This document shows positions 37,747 to 47,855 of a DNA stretch of 64,000 nucleotides, in pieces. Source of the stretch: Rhodospirillales bacterium (lineage in GTDB: Bacteria; Pseudomonadota; Alphaproteobacteria; Kiloniellales; JACOMY01); NCBI GenBank assembly GCA_963669445.1, contig OY770029.1, forward strand, positions 5,029,133 through 5,093,132. The letters are read 5' to 3'. A program made the translations under genes and the position numbers. Under the pieces are notes generated by a model. That model made no database searches. It was not told the origin of the DNA and was given only the letters and a program-made list of their open reading frames with translations. The stretch's first letter is position 1. The number at the start of each line of letters is the position of its first letter.

Positions 37747-39189
37747 ATGAGACATTCGAGCACACTCGGCGCTATGGCGGTTGCGACGGCGCTCGCATCC
37801 CTCTTCGCCGGACCGCTATTGGCCGACGATGGCTTCAAACTCTCCGACATCCCGCAGATCGACAACAAGGAGCCAATCCATGTTGCCTTGGAAGCGGGCG
37901 GGGCAGCCGACCTGATCATCCCCTATCTCCAGCGCTTCTCCGAGGCGACCGGCGTCCCGGTCACGTCCGAATCCATGGTCTTTGCGACGATCTACTCCAA
38001 AGAGGTCGTAGAGCTGCAGGGTCGTACCGGAGCCTATGACGTCGTCGTGACCGAGACGTCCTGGACCAACGAGTGGCAGCACTATCTCTATCCCATCTAC
38101 GAACTCGCAGACGCCTACGACCCAGAGGGCCAGGCCGGCATTCAGAAAGTACTCGACGGGATCGACCCCGGCCTCCTGCGCATGGCCTCGACGCGCGACG
38201 GCACGCTGATGGGCATGCCCTATTACACCTACACAATGATCTCGATCTATCGCGAAGACCTCTTTAACGACGCTGGCGAGAAGTCCGCTTTCAAGGCCAA
38301 GTACGGCTATGACCTCGCACCGGCGACCAGTTGGGACCAGCTGCGCGATCAGGGCGAGTTCTTCACGCGCAAGAAGGGTGAAAAGCTGCGTGGCGAAGCG
38401 CTGGAAAAGGACTTCTACGGTCTGTCCTTGATGGCCGGCCGCTTCCCCCATGTGCAGGACGAGTTGACCGCTATGGTCTGGAGCAAGGGCGCACATTGGG
38501 CCTCGCCGATACGTGACGGCGCCAGGCTGGTCGCCTTTACCATCACTGACAAGGATCGCGAAGCCCTGACGTGGGCCTTCAAGACCTATCAGGACTACAT
38601 GACCTTTGCTCCTCCGGGGACCGAGAACGCCTTCTGGGACTTTGCAACGGCGCAGTTCGTCGAGGGCAACACGGCCATCATCCCACTGATGTACAACGGT
38701 CTTTGGAACTGGGCCTCCAGCGTGCAGGACCAGGTGCCGGGTGCCAAGGCAGCTGCCTCAGTGGTCGTGGGCGAGCGTCCCTACACCGGTGCCTTCCATT
38801 TCGCGCCCAGCCAGGACAGCGGTAACCCCGAGGCCGCCTATTGGCTGCTGAAGTACATCGGCTCCTACGCCACACAGAAAGAGATGATCGAAGGCGGTTG
38901 GGCCGGGACCAACGTCGATGTGCTCTCGCAAGACGACAAGACGGTGGAGACCAACTACGCGGCCTTCGGCTGGATCCCACCGACCTTGGTGCAGTGGAAA
39001 GCCCAGCTGCCCGACGTGAACGACTATCTGCACTTCAACAGCTCGGCCTTCGGCAAGATCTACGAGCAGATGACCATCATCGGCCATGAGAACGCCACAG
39101 GCGTAACCACGCCCGAAGAGAGTTTGGCTGCCTGGGAAAAGGCCTTCGCGGCTCTACAGAAAAAGTTCGGCGAACTGCCGGTCCAGTAA
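37747..39189 (+). CDS. Sugar/polyol ABC transporter substrate-binding protein (family 1)
   Basis: Signal peptide MRHSSTLGAMAVATALASLFAGPLLA. 480 aa. It heads the permease/ATPase string. Confidence 0.9.
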   Translation: MRHSSTLGAMAVATALASLFAGPLLADDGFKLSDIPQIDNKEPIHVALEAGGAADLIIPYLQRFSEATGVPVTSESMVFATIYSKEVVELQGRTGAYDVVVTETSWTNEWQHYLYPIYELADAYDPEGQAGIQKVLDGIDPGLLRMASTRDGTLMGMPYYTYTMISIYREDLFNDAGEKSAFKAKYGYDLAPATSWDQLRDQGEFFTRKKGEKLRGEALEKDFYGLSLMAGRFPHVQDELTAMVWSKGAHWASPIRDGARLVAFTITDKDREALTWAFKTYQDYMTFAPPGTENAFWDFATAQFVEGNTAIIPLMYNGLWNWASSVQDQVPGAKAAASVVVGERPYTGAFHFAPSQDSGNPEAAYWLLKYIGSYATQKEMIEGGWAGTNVDVLSQDDKTVETNYAAFGWIPPTLVQWKAQLPDVNDYLHFNSSAFGKIYEQMTIIGHENATGVTTPEESLAAWEKAFAALQKKFGELPVQ

Positions 39190-39250
39190 CCCCTGCCGAC
39201 CTGCCGGGCAGCTTGGCTGCCCGGCACCTTTTTCTAGGATCTCTCCAACG

Positions 39251-40138
39251 ATGGCTGCCGTTCATAAGACTCGGCTGTTCGACGACGACCGGTACATGCG
39301 GTGGTTACTTGTTGCTCCGCTGGTTCTCTTGTTGCTGTGCTTTATGGTCTACCCGACCCTCTATAGCCTATATATGTCCTTCACCGACTACATCATGCGC
39401 GGCGCACCGAACTTTATCGGCCTGGACAACTACCGTGCCGTGCTCGCCGATTCGGTTTTCTGGGCAGCCTTAGGCCGGACGATTTACGTCCTGGTCATGT
39501 GCATCGTCATCGAGCTGGTGCTCGGCATGGCCTTGGCCATTCTGCTGAACCGCAACTTCAAGGGACAGGGCATCGTGCGCGGTCTCTGCTTCGTACCGCT
39601 GCTCGTCTCTCCCCTGTCTATGTCCTTGATGTGGAACTACATCCTCCACATCCAGTTCGGCGTGGTGAACACGATGATCGGCTGGCTGGGGTTCGATCCC
39701 GTACCCTTCCTCTCCTCACCCGGGCTGGCGCTGAACACCATCGTCTTCATCACCGTTTGGCAATGGCTGCCCTTCGCGACCTTCGTGCTTCTGGCCGGCC
39801 TCAAAGGCATGCCGCGCGATCAATTCGAAGCTGCTCAAATCGACGGCGCTTCCTCTTGGCGGGTCTTCTTCCGCCTGACCCTGCCGATGCTGAAGCCCCT
39901 GATCATCATCATCATCCTCTTGCGCGTCATGTGGCTCATGCGCCTCTTCGACCCGCTCTATGGAACCACGCGCGGCGGCCTGGAGACGGAGCTGCTCGAT
40001 TGGATGATCTACCGCGTCTCCTTCGTCTTCTTCGACATCGGCCAAGGAACGGCCTATGCCCTCTTCGCGCTCTACATAACGCTGATCGTCGGCGCGTTGA
40101 TGTTCAAGCAACTGATCAAAGCCATGGATGGAGCCTAA
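39251..40138 (+). CDS. Carbohydrate ABC transporter permease
   Basis: Multi-TM protein. EAA loop FEAAQIDGASSWRVFFRLTLPMLKP. Confidence 0.9.
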   Translation: MAAVHKTRLFDDDRYMRWLLVAPLVLLLLCFMVYPTLYSLYMSFTDYIMRGAPNFIGLDNYRAVLADSVFWAALGRTIYVLVMCIVIELVLGMALAILLNRNFKGQGIVRGLCFVPLLVSPLSMSLMWNYILHIQFGVVNTMIGWLGFDPVPFLSSPGLALNTIVFITVWQWLPFATFVLLAGLKGMPRDQFEAAQIDGASSWRVFFRLTLPMLKPLIIIIILLRVMWLMRLFDPLYGTTRGGLETELLDWMIYRVSFVFFDIGQGTAYALFALYITLIVGALMFKQLIKAMDGA

Positions 40139-40140
40139 TT

Positions 40141-40944
40141 GTGAAACGCGCCCTCTTCTGGCTGGCGGTCGCCTTGATGATCTGCGTCTTCATCTTTCCG
40201 GTGCTCTGGATCTATGTCACGGCGCTGAAGGCGCCGGGCGACATCTTCGCCGACAACCCTTTCATCTTCACGCCGACCCTGGAGAACTTCGACTATCTGA
40301 TCAATGTGCGCCCGGCCTTCGGCGAGTTGCTGAACTCGCTGATCATGAGTGTCGTCAGCACGATCTTCGTCATGCTGGTCTCGCTTCCCGCCGCCTATAG
40401 CTTCGCCCGCTTCAACACCGGTGGTGGACACATCCTCTTCATTACGATTTCGACCCGCATGTTTCCGGGCGTGGTCGCGGCGATCCCCTTCTTCCTGCTG
40501 TTCCGAGATTTGGGTCTCTTGGACACTCATCTGGGTCTGATCCTGCTCTACATCTACTTCAACATGAGCTTTGCGACCTTCCTCCTGTACGGCTTCTTCC
40601 GGGAGATCCCAGAGAGCCTGGAGAAAGCAGCCATGCTGGACGGCTACGGTCGCCTGTCGATCCTGCGCTGGATCGTGTTTCCGCTGATCAAGCCGGGCAT
40701 CGCGATCACCACCATGTTCTGCCTGATTTGGTCCTGGAACGAGTTCCTCTTCGCCTTCCTCTTCACCCGACGCATCGCACGAACCATCTCGGTCAGCCAA
40801 TCCACCTTCTGGGGCTCGGTCGAGATTCAGTGGGGCCCGATGGCCGCGCTGATGGGCATCGCCGTGCTGCCGACGCTGCTGGCTGCCTGGATCATGCAGA
40901 AGCACGTGATCCGCGGCCTGACCTTCGGGGCGGTGAAGGGATAA
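40141..40944 (+). CDS. Carbohydrate ABC transporter permease
   Basis: GTG start (VKRALFWLAVAL) 2 nt after the upstream stop. EAA loop EKAAMLDGYGRLSILRWIVFPLIKPG. Confidence 0.85.
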   Translation: MKRALFWLAVALMICVFIFPVLWIYVTALKAPGDIFADNPFIFTPTLENFDYLINVRPAFGELLNSLIMSVVSTIFVMLVSLPAAYSFARFNTGGGHILFITISTRMFPGVVAAIPFFLLFRDLGLLDTHLGLILLYIYFNMSFATFLLYGFFREIPESLEKAAMLDGYGRLSILRWIVFPLIKPGIAITTMFCLIWSWNEFLFAFLFTRRIARTISVSQSTFWGSVEIQWGPMAALMGIAVLPTLLAAWIMQKHVIRGLTFGAVKG

Positions 40945-40949
40945 GCGCG

Positions 40950-41132
40950 ATGGATATGATGGATCGCATATTCTGGGGCATGGTCGGCTTCATCGGCATC
41001 CACTTCCTGTTGCTCGCCGGCTTGGAGGCCTATGTGAACTTCTACCTGGGCTCGGCTGTCGCCTTCCTCTTCCTGATCTGGTTCGTCGCCCGCGGCTATC
41101 GCCACTTTCCGGGAGGCAAGGCAAAGCGATGA
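40950..41132 (+). CDS. 60-aa two-TM small membrane protein embedded in the ABC operon
   Basis: MDMMDRIFWGMVGFIGIHFLLLAGLEAYVNFYLGSAVAFLFLIWFVARGYRHFPGGKAKR. It starts 5 nt after the permease stop. Its stop overlaps the ATPase ATG (ATGA). Confidence 0.6.
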   Translation: MDMMDRIFWGMVGFIGIHFLLLAGLEAYVNFYLGSAVAFLFLIWFVARGYRHFPGGKAKR

Positions 41133-42256
41133 GCCTGCTCACCGTCGACAAGATCTCGAAGTCCTTCGGCAAGACCCAGGCCTTGAGCGAGGTTTCCTTC
41201 GAGTGTCAGGAGGGCGAGTTCTTTACCCTCTTCGGGCCCTCGGGTGCCGGCAAGACCACGATCCTAGAGCTGATCGCCGGCATCAAGAGTGACTACAGCG
41301 GCAGCATCGCCATCCGCGGGCGTCAAGCCAAGGGTATGGCCGTGCAGGACCGCAACGTCGCCATGGCCTTCGAGAACTACGCGCTCTACCCGCATATGAC
41401 GGTCGGACAGAACATCGCCTTCCCCCTGCGCTCGCCGCGCGCGACCAAACGCAGCGAGGCCGAGATCGCCAAGAAGGTGCAGTGGACGGCCGACGAGTTG
41501 GGGATCGGTCATCTGCTTGACCGCAACCCGGTCCAGCTGTCCGGCGGCCAGAAACAGCGCGTGGCCTTGGCGCGCGCCCTGGTGCGCGAGGCCGACATCT
41601 ATCTTTTGGACGAGCCGATCGCGCACCTTGACGCCAAGCTTCGAACCATCGCACGCGCCAACCTGAAGGCGATGGCGCGTAACCTGGGGGCCACCATCGT
41701 CTATGTCACCCATGATTACCGCGAAGCCCTAGGCCTCTCCGACCGGCTGCTCATACTCAATGAAGGCCGGGTCCTGCAAATCGGAGAGCCGCGGGAAATC
41801 TTCTTCAAGCCCGCTTCAGACTTCGTCGGTCGTTTGCTCGGCGAGCCAGCGATGAACCTGGTCGACGGCACTCTGGGAACCGGCGCAAGGGGCTACAGTT
41901 TCACCGCGGCAGACTCGCCCTTCCAACTAAACGACAAGCTGAATCGGGAGGCCGAAGCACGACTGGCGAAGGGCCAATCGGCAGCTCGCCTGGGTATCCG
42001 ACCCAGCGGCGTCAGCGTCCATACGAGCGATCCTGGCCAGGGCACCTGCCTGCCTGTCTACACCGTGGAGCATAGGGCAGAGCAGTTGCTGGTCTACTTC
42101 GAGCTTGCGGGGACCTACTTCGGCGGCCTCTGTCCGGCACAGAGCCAGATCGCCGTCGGGCAGCCGGTCTGGCTGACCCTGGAGGACGGCAGAGGTCACC
42201 TCTTCGACGCCACCTTCGATTTGGAAGTCCTGTCCGATGCCGAGGTCGCAGGATGA
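41129..42256 (+). CDS. Sugar ABC transporter ATP-binding protein (MalK/UgpC-like) 1
   Basis: Contains GPSGAGKTT, LSGGQKQRVALARAL and IYLLDEP, plus a C-terminal regulatory-type domain. Confidence 0.9.
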   Translation: MSLLTVDKISKSFGKTQALSEVSFECQEGEFFTLFGPSGAGKTTILELIAGIKSDYSGSIAIRGRQAKGMAVQDRNVAMAFENYALYPHMTVGQNIAFPLRSPRATKRSEAEIAKKVQWTADELGIGHLLDRNPVQLSGGQKQRVALARALVREADIYLLDEPIAHLDAKLRTIARANLKAMARNLGATIVYVTHDYREALGLSDRLLILNEGRVLQIGEPREIFFKPASDFVGRLLGEPAMNLVDGTLGTGARGYSFTAADSPFQLNDKLNREAEARLAKGQSAARLGIRPSGVSVHTSDPGQGTCLPVYTVEHRAEQLLVYFELAGTYFGGLCPAQSQIAVGQPVWLTLEDGRGHLFDATFDLEVLSDAEVAG

Positions 42257-43344
42257 GCGCACTCTCTCTGCATGGCGTGTGGAAGATCTATAATGACGAG
42301 GTCGTTGCCGTCCGCGACGCCAGTTTCGAGGCCCGCGACGGAGAGTTCCTGGCTCTCCTCGGCCCATCGGGCTGCGGCAAGAGTTCGACGATGCGCATGA
42401 TCTCGGGCCTGGAAGACATCTCCAAGGGCCAAATCCGCTTCGGCGAGCAGGTCGTCAACGACATGAGCCCGGCCGAGCGCAACGTCGCTCTGGCCTTCGA
42501 ATCCTATGCCCTCTATTCGCCCTTGACCGTACGCCAGAACCTCGAGTTCCCGCTACGCTCCCGCGGGCTCAAGGGTCCAGAGGTTGACGCCCGAGTGAAA
42601 CAGGTCGTGGCCACCTTCAAGATCGGCGATCTCTTGGACCGAAAGCCCTCGGCCTTGTCCGGCGGTCAGGCACAGCGGGTGTCGCTCGCCCGCGCCCTTG
42701 TCCGCAACCCGAACGTCATGCTGCTCGACGAGCCCCTATCCCACCTGGACTACAGGCTACGGACAGAGCTTCGCGTGAAGATCAGACGCATTCACGACGA
42801 GCTTGGCGCGACGACAATCTATGTGACCCACGACCAGGAAGAGGCGGTGGCACTCTCGGACCGCATCATCGTGATGAACCATGCCGAGATCCAACAGATC
42901 GGCGATGTCGAAGCGCTCTGGTCCAGGCCGGTCAACCAGTTCGTTGCCGGCTTCCTTGGCGATCCCGCGATGAACTTCATCGAGGCGGAGTTCTCGGACG
43001 ATCGGATCCGGACCCAGGCCGGAGAGATCGAGGCCGTCAAACCGGACCCGTCCCTAACCGACACCGCCTTCGTCTTCGGCTTCAGGCCCGAAGACACGAG
43101 AATCGTCGCAGGCGGGGAGGCGACGGCCGGTCTCTTGGGAGAGGTATCGGTGAATGAGTTCCATGGCGAGCGCTGCGTCCTGACCGTCGAGACACAGTCT
43201 GGCCAACTCAAAGCCGTCGACACAGGCGCCAGTCCCTGGCGCCCAGGCGACAGGGTTGCCCTGCTGCCCCTTCACGGCAAGTCGCAGCTCTTCGCGCGCG
43301 ACGGCGGTAAGACACTGCAGCACGGGTCGGAGGTGGTGACGTGA
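42253..43344 (+). CDS. Sugar ABC transporter ATP-binding protein (MalK/UgpC-like) 2
   Basis: Contains GPSGCGKSS, LSGGQAQRVSLARAL and VMLLDEP. ATGA overlap with the upstream ATPase. Confidence 0.9.
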   Translation: MSALSLHGVWKIYNDEVVAVRDASFEARDGEFLALLGPSGCGKSSTMRMISGLEDISKGQIRFGEQVVNDMSPAERNVALAFESYALYSPLTVRQNLEFPLRSRGLKGPEVDARVKQVVATFKIGDLLDRKPSALSGGQAQRVSLARALVRNPNVMLLDEPLSHLDYRLRTELRVKIRRIHDELGATTIYVTHDQEEAVALSDRIIVMNHAEIQQIGDVEALWSRPVNQFVAGFLGDPAMNFIEAEFSDDRIRTQAGEIEAVKPDPSLTDTAFVFGFRPEDTRIVAGGEATAGLLGEVSVNEFHGERCVLTVETQSGQLKAVDTGASPWRPGDRVALLPLHGKSQLFARDGGKTLQHGSEVVT

Positions 43345-44795
43345 TTGAGGGGCGGATGCTCATAGACGGTCAATGGATCGCCGGCAGCGGACCGCGGATC
43401 GAGGTCATCAATCCGGCGCGCGGTACCTGCGTGGGCAGCGTCCCCCATGCAACGCCGGAAGAGACAGACAGGGCGCTCTTGGCGGCCCGTGAGGCGTTTC
43501 CTGCTTGGTCCAAGCGCCCGGCGGCAGAGCGTGCCCGGATCTTGCGATATGCTGCAGACGGCATTCGCGAGAATACGGCCGACCTTGGACGTTTGATGAC
43601 CAGCGAACAGGGAAAACCGGTCAAGGAAGCCAGTGGCGAAATCGCCAAGCTGGCCGATACCTTCGACTTCTATGCCGAAGAAGCGACGCGGGTTCTGGGC
43701 GACATCATCGCCAACGAGAGCACTGCCTATCAAAGCCTGGTGGTGCGCGAGCCAATCGGCGTGGTGGCTGCGATATCGCCATGGAACTATCCAGCAGAAT
43801 TGATCGGCTGGAAGGTGGCGGCCGGCTTGGCGGCCGGCTGTACGCTGGTGGTGAAACCACCGGCGCTGACGCCGCTCTGCGCTCTGGCCATCATGGAGCG
43901 CCTGGTTGAGGCCGGCGTGCCGCCCGGGGCGGTCAACATGGTTACCGGCAAAGGCTCGACTGTCGGCCAGCACCTTGCGGAAAGCACAGCGGTCGACAAG
44001 ATCGCCTTCACCGGATCGAGCGCCACCGGCCTCAAGATCCAGCAGTCCGCACGCTCTGTGAAACGCCTGTCGCTGGAACTGGGCGGCAACTGCCCCATGA
44101 TCGTCACCGCTACTGCCAACCTGGACCAGGCAGTCAAAGGCGCGCTGCGCCGCTCTTTCAGAAACTGTGGCCAGATCTGCATTGCGATCAACCGGATCTA
44201 CGTGGACCGCAGTGTCTACGCCCCTTTTGCGGAGAGGCTGGCGGCCGCGGCGGACGCCCTGGTGGTCGATGACGGGCTCGACAATCCCGATGCGGACCTG
44301 GGGGCGCTCTGCTCCGAGGAACCCTTGGAGAAAACCAAGGAGCATCTGGCCGACGCCCTGGCGAAAGGGGCACGGCTTCTGGCCGGTGGAAAGGCGCCCG
44401 CGGATGCGCAACTTGCGAAGGGCCTGTTCTTCAGACCCACGGTCGTCGCGGACTGCACGCATGCGATGCAGGTCATGACCGAGGAGACCTTCGGCCCCCT
44501 CGTCGGCATATGTGCCGTGGATAGCAAAGCGGAGGCGCTTCGCTTGGCAAACGACACACCCTACGGCTTGGCAAGCTATCTCTACACAAAGAACCTCGAC
44601 GAGATGCGTTTCTTCACGCGGCACCTCGACTACGGCAACGTCGCGGTCAACACGGTGGATGCTGGAATCATCAACGCGCCCTACGGGGGATGGAAGCAGA
44701 GCGGCGTCGGCGTCGAGCATGGGCGCGAAGGGCTGCTCGAATACCTGAATTACAAGCACGTCCGTCTCTGCTTTGACGAGGAGGAGGTCACGTGA
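43341..44795 (+). CDS. NAD(P)-dependent aldehyde dehydrogenase
   Basis: Contains ISPWNYP, FTGSSATG, LELGGNCP and the catalytic Cys context NCGQICIAINR. GTGA overlap with the upstream gene. Confidence 0.9.
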   Translation: MIEGRMLIDGQWIAGSGPRIEVINPARGTCVGSVPHATPEETDRALLAAREAFPAWSKRPAAERARILRYAADGIRENTADLGRLMTSEQGKPVKEASGEIAKLADTFDFYAEEATRVLGDIIANESTAYQSLVVREPIGVVAAISPWNYPAELIGWKVAAGLAAGCTLVVKPPALTPLCALAIMERLVEAGVPPGAVNMVTGKGSTVGQHLAESTAVDKIAFTGSSATGLKIQQSARSVKRLSLELGGNCPMIVTATANLDQAVKGALRRSFRNCGQICIAINRIYVDRSVYAPFAERLAAAADALVVDDGLDNPDADLGALCSEEPLEKTKEHLADALAKGARLLAGGKAPADAQLAKGLFFRPTVVADCTHAMQVMTEETFGPLVGICAVDSKAEALRLANDTPYGLASYLYTKNLDEMRFFTRHLDYGNVAVNTVDAGIINAPYGGWKQSGVGVEHGREGLLEYLNYKHVRLCFDEEEVT

Positions 44796-46309
44796 AGGGC
44801 GCATTCCTAGGCATCGACATCGGCACCTCAAGTTGCAAGGCGCTTCTTCTCTCCAGCGACGGAGAAATCCTGGGCACCGAGACCCAACCCTACGCCTTCG
44901 AGCAGCCGAGAGAAGGCTGGGCCGAACAGGATCCCGCCGTCTGGATCAAGGGAGCCGCAGAGGCCGTCCGCGCACTTCGCAGACGGATCGAAGCAGAGAT
45001 TCTCTGTGTCGGCCTATCCGGCCAGATGCACGGCATGACGGCGCTGGATAAGACGCATGCGGTGCTGCGGCCAACCATCCTATGGAACGATCAACGCAAC
45101 GCCGTCGAATGCGACGAGATAACCGACTTGGCCGGTGGCCTGTCAGCGCTGACCGGACTGGTGAACAACCGCATGCTGCCCGGCTTCACCGGCGGCAAGA
45201 TCCGTTGGTTTGCCAAGCACGAGGCTGCCGCCTTCGAGAAGACGAAGATCATCCTCAACCCGAAGGACTACATTCGCCTTGTCCTGACCGGAGAGATCGC
45301 AACGGAGGTCAGCGAGGCATCCGGCACCGGCCTGTTCGACGTGGTCGCGCGGCGTTGGTCCAAGCCCCTGCTGGAACTGATCTCCATCGACCCGGCGCTG
45401 TTGCCGCCGGCCTACGAATCGCAGGAGATCAGCGGCCGCGTCTCAGCCTCTGGCGAGGCGACCTTCGGCATCCCCAAAGGCACGCCCGTGATCGGCGGCG
45501 GCGGCGATGCGGTCATCCAGACCTTCGGGTCCGGTGTCTTGGGGCCGGAGAGTCTGCAGACGACGATCGGGACGGGCGGCATTGTCGCTACTGCGCTGCA
45601 CGCCCCGCTGGCAAACGCCGAAGGGCGTGTCCAGGTCTCCTGTAATGTCTTGCCGGATCTTTGGCACTGCATGGGCGTCTCTTTGAATGCAGGAAGCGCA
45701 CTTGCCTGGTGGCGTGAGGCCCATAGCGCCACGCCGCAATCCGCCCCGGCCTTCGATCAGCTCTCCGCTGCGGCCGCTTCGATCTCCATCGGCGCCGACG
45801 GGCTCCTCTTCCTCCCCTACCTGATGGGAGAGCGTTGTCCTTGGCCGGACCCGCATCTGCGCGGCGGCTTCATCGGCCTGCGCGCGCACCATCGCCTGGA
45901 GCACTTTCACCGCGCCGTCTTTGAGGGCATCAGCTTTGCCCTGCGCGACATGGCCGAGCGCGTCAATCCGACAGCCCAGGCCGAAAATCGCTTGATCTAT
46001 GCCTCCGGCGGCGGTGCCTCCTCGGCCTTCTGGAACAAGCTCCAGGCCGATGTCTTCAGCGCCCCGGTCGTCACCACCGCTTCTGCAGCGCATGGCGCCG
46101 CCTTCGGCGCAGCCGTTCTTGCCGGCATAGGTGCCGGGCACTGGCCCGGGCCAGAGGCGGTCAACCCGCTTTTCGCGGTGGAGGGACGCTGGGAGCCGGA
46201 GCCGCAAGCGACTGCCGCCTACGACAAGTATTTCGCGATCTACCGATCGCTCCATGGCGCACTGGAGTCCGTCACGCACCAGATCTCCGATCTGTCGGCT
46301 GGAACATGA
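44792..46309 (+). CDS. xylB: FGGY-family carbohydrate kinase, xylulokinase-like
   Basis: Contains FLGIDIGTSSCKALL, GLSGQMHGMTALD and ILWNDQR, plus GGGA near the C-terminus. GTGA overlap with the aldehyde dehydrogenase. Confidence 0.8.
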   Translation: MKGAFLGIDIGTSSCKALLLSSDGEILGTETQPYAFEQPREGWAEQDPAVWIKGAAEAVRALRRRIEAEILCVGLSGQMHGMTALDKTHAVLRPTILWNDQRNAVECDEITDLAGGLSALTGLVNNRMLPGFTGGKIRWFAKHEAAAFEKTKIILNPKDYIRLVLTGEIATEVSEASGTGLFDVVARRWSKPLLELISIDPALLPPAYESQEISGRVSASGEATFGIPKGTPVIGGGGDAVIQTFGSGVLGPESLQTTIGTGGIVATALHAPLANAEGRVQVSCNVLPDLWHCMGVSLNAGSALAWWREAHSATPQSAPAFDQLSAAAASISIGADGLLFLPYLMGERCPWPDPHLRGGFIGLRAHHRLEHFHRAVFEGISFALRDMAERVNPTAQAENRLIYASGGGASSAFWNKLQADVFSAPVVTTASAAHGAAFGAAVLAGIGAGHWPGPEAVNPLFAVEGRWEPEPQATAAYDKYFAIYRSLHGALESVTHQISDLSAGT

Positions 46310-47001
46310 CCATGTCCCACGAACGATCAGCGGGCGCAGCTGCCATCATCTTCGATTTGGATGGAACCTTGATTGACAGCGCACCCGACATTGCGGCAGC
46401 CGTGAACCGCGTCCTCGCCGACGCCGGTCAGGCGCCGCTGGAGGTCGACTACGTCGAGGGGTTCATCGGCGATGGATCGCGCGCCATGCTCAAGCGCATC
46501 TTTGCAGACCAAGGAATCGACCAAGACAGCGTCTCTTTAGAGCGCCGGCTTGCTGATTACATGCGCTACTACGCCGAGGAACCGGCAACAAGAACGGAGA
46601 TCTTCGGGCAGGTCCGTGCGGATCTTGCGAGCCTACAAGCAGCTGGTCTGAAGCTGGGCATCTGTACGAACAAGCCGCATCGCCTGACCGAACTGGTGCT
46701 TGCCGCACTCGACTTGCAGCCCTTTTTCTCCTGCGTCATGGGGGCGGATGTCGTGCCCAACCGCAAGCCGCACAGAGATCACCTGCTGGCCGTTGCCGCC
46801 GGGCTTGGAACAAAGCCGGAGGAAACCTGGTACGTCGGCGATACGGAAGTGGACCGGGCTTGCGCCCACGCGGCCGGCATTCGCTTCTTCCTCGTCGACT
46901 GGGGTGGAGGCCGCTTTCTGGAGGACGCGGGCGACACGCGCATCTCCAGTTTCCTCGATCTGCTCTCCTACCCCACCCCGCAGGCTGCGAGGCCGTCATG
47001 A
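46306..47001 (+). CDS. HAD-superfamily hydrolase, phosphoglycolate phosphatase-like
   Basis: Contains IIFDLDGTLIDS (DxDGT), ICTNKP and YVGDTEVD. Overlaps both neighbouring genes by 4 nt. Confidence 0.85.
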   Translation: MTMSHERSAGAAAIIFDLDGTLIDSAPDIAAAVNRVLADAGQAPLEVDYVEGFIGDGSRAMLKRIFADQGIDQDSVSLERRLADYMRYYAEEPATRTEIFGQVRADLASLQAAGLKLGICTNKPHRLTELVLAALDLQPFFSCVMGADVVPNRKPHRDHLLAVAAGLGTKPEETWYVGDTEVDRACAHAAGIRFFLVDWGGGRFLEDAGDTRISSFLDLLSYPTPQAARPS

Positions 47002-47840
47002 CCTCCACACGCCTACTGCATCAAATCAATGCCGAGATGGCCGAGATGGGCGGCGCGGAACGCCGGGTCGCAGAGTTCGTACGCAGCCAGCCATCGGATG
47101 CGATCAAGATGAGCATGGCCGCCATTGCTGAGGCCGCCGCCGTCAGCGACCCCACCATCGTGCGCTTCTTCCGGCGCTTCGGGTTCGAAGGCTTCAACGA
47201 GTTCAAGGTCCGCCTGGCGCAGGATCTGGTCCCTGCAGCGCCTTTCGCCTACGAAACGATCGGGTCCGAAGACAGCGCAGCCGCGGTGGTTCGCAAAACC
47301 TGCAGCAACTCCATCAACGCCATCCAAAGGGCGCTTCAGGACTTCAGCATCGCAGAAATCGAAACGGCAACGGGCGCACTGATCGCCGCACGTTGGATCG
47401 GCATAGTGGCAACCGGGATGTCCGAGATCGCCGCCTTGGATGCAGAGCACAAGTTTAGCCGCCTGGGCCTACGCTGCGCTGCAGTGATCCGAACCTCGCG
47501 GCAGTTGGCCTTGGCGCGAGAGGCCCGGGACGGCGACGCGCTGCTGGTTTTCTCGCAGTCGGGAGCGACCAGAAGGCTGGTGGAGGTGACCGAGAGAGCA
47601 GGACAACGAGGCGCAGTGACGATCGCTGTCACCGCGCCCGGAAGCCCCCTAGCCGCAGTTGCGACCCACCAGGTCGGGATCATACCCTACGAGCGGATGG
47701 AGGCCATGACGCCACTGGCGTCGCGCCTCAACCACCAGCTTCTGGTCAACATGCTGGTCACCACGATCTCTATCGCCAGCGGTGCGGAATTCCCCGATCA
47801 GCTCCCCGCGCTCGATTCCTGGATCACCGAGAAACTTTAG
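46998..47840 (+). CDS. MurR/RpiR family transcriptional regulator (HTH + SIS domain)
   Basis: Contains ERRVAEFVRSQPSDAIKMSMAAIAEAAAVSDPTIVRFFRRFGFEGFNEFK, then an SIS-like segment. ATGA overlap with the HAD gene. Confidence 0.85.
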   Translation: MTSTRLLHQINAEMAEMGGAERRVAEFVRSQPSDAIKMSMAAIAEAAAVSDPTIVRFFRRFGFEGFNEFKVRLAQDLVPAAPFAYETIGSEDSAAAVVRKTCSNSINAIQRALQDFSIAEIETATGALIAARWIGIVATGMSEIAALDAEHKFSRLGLRCAAVIRTSRQLALAREARDGDALLVFSQSGATRRLVEVTERAGQRGAVTIAVTAPGSPLAAVATHQVGIIPYERMEAMTPLASRLNHQLLVNMLVTTISIASGAEFPDQLPALDSWITEKL

Positions 47841-47855
47841 GAAGGGCATGGCAGC

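Noticed and set aside
39499-40140. 5' extension of the second sugar permease ORF (481 aa)
   Set aside because: It overlaps the first permease gene out of frame. GTG 40141 gives a normal permease N-terminus 2 nt after the upstream stop.
43272-44831. 519-aa minus-strand ORF
   Set aside because: It is antisense to the aldehyde dehydrogenase gene, which has clear catalytic motifs. It is a shadow ORF.
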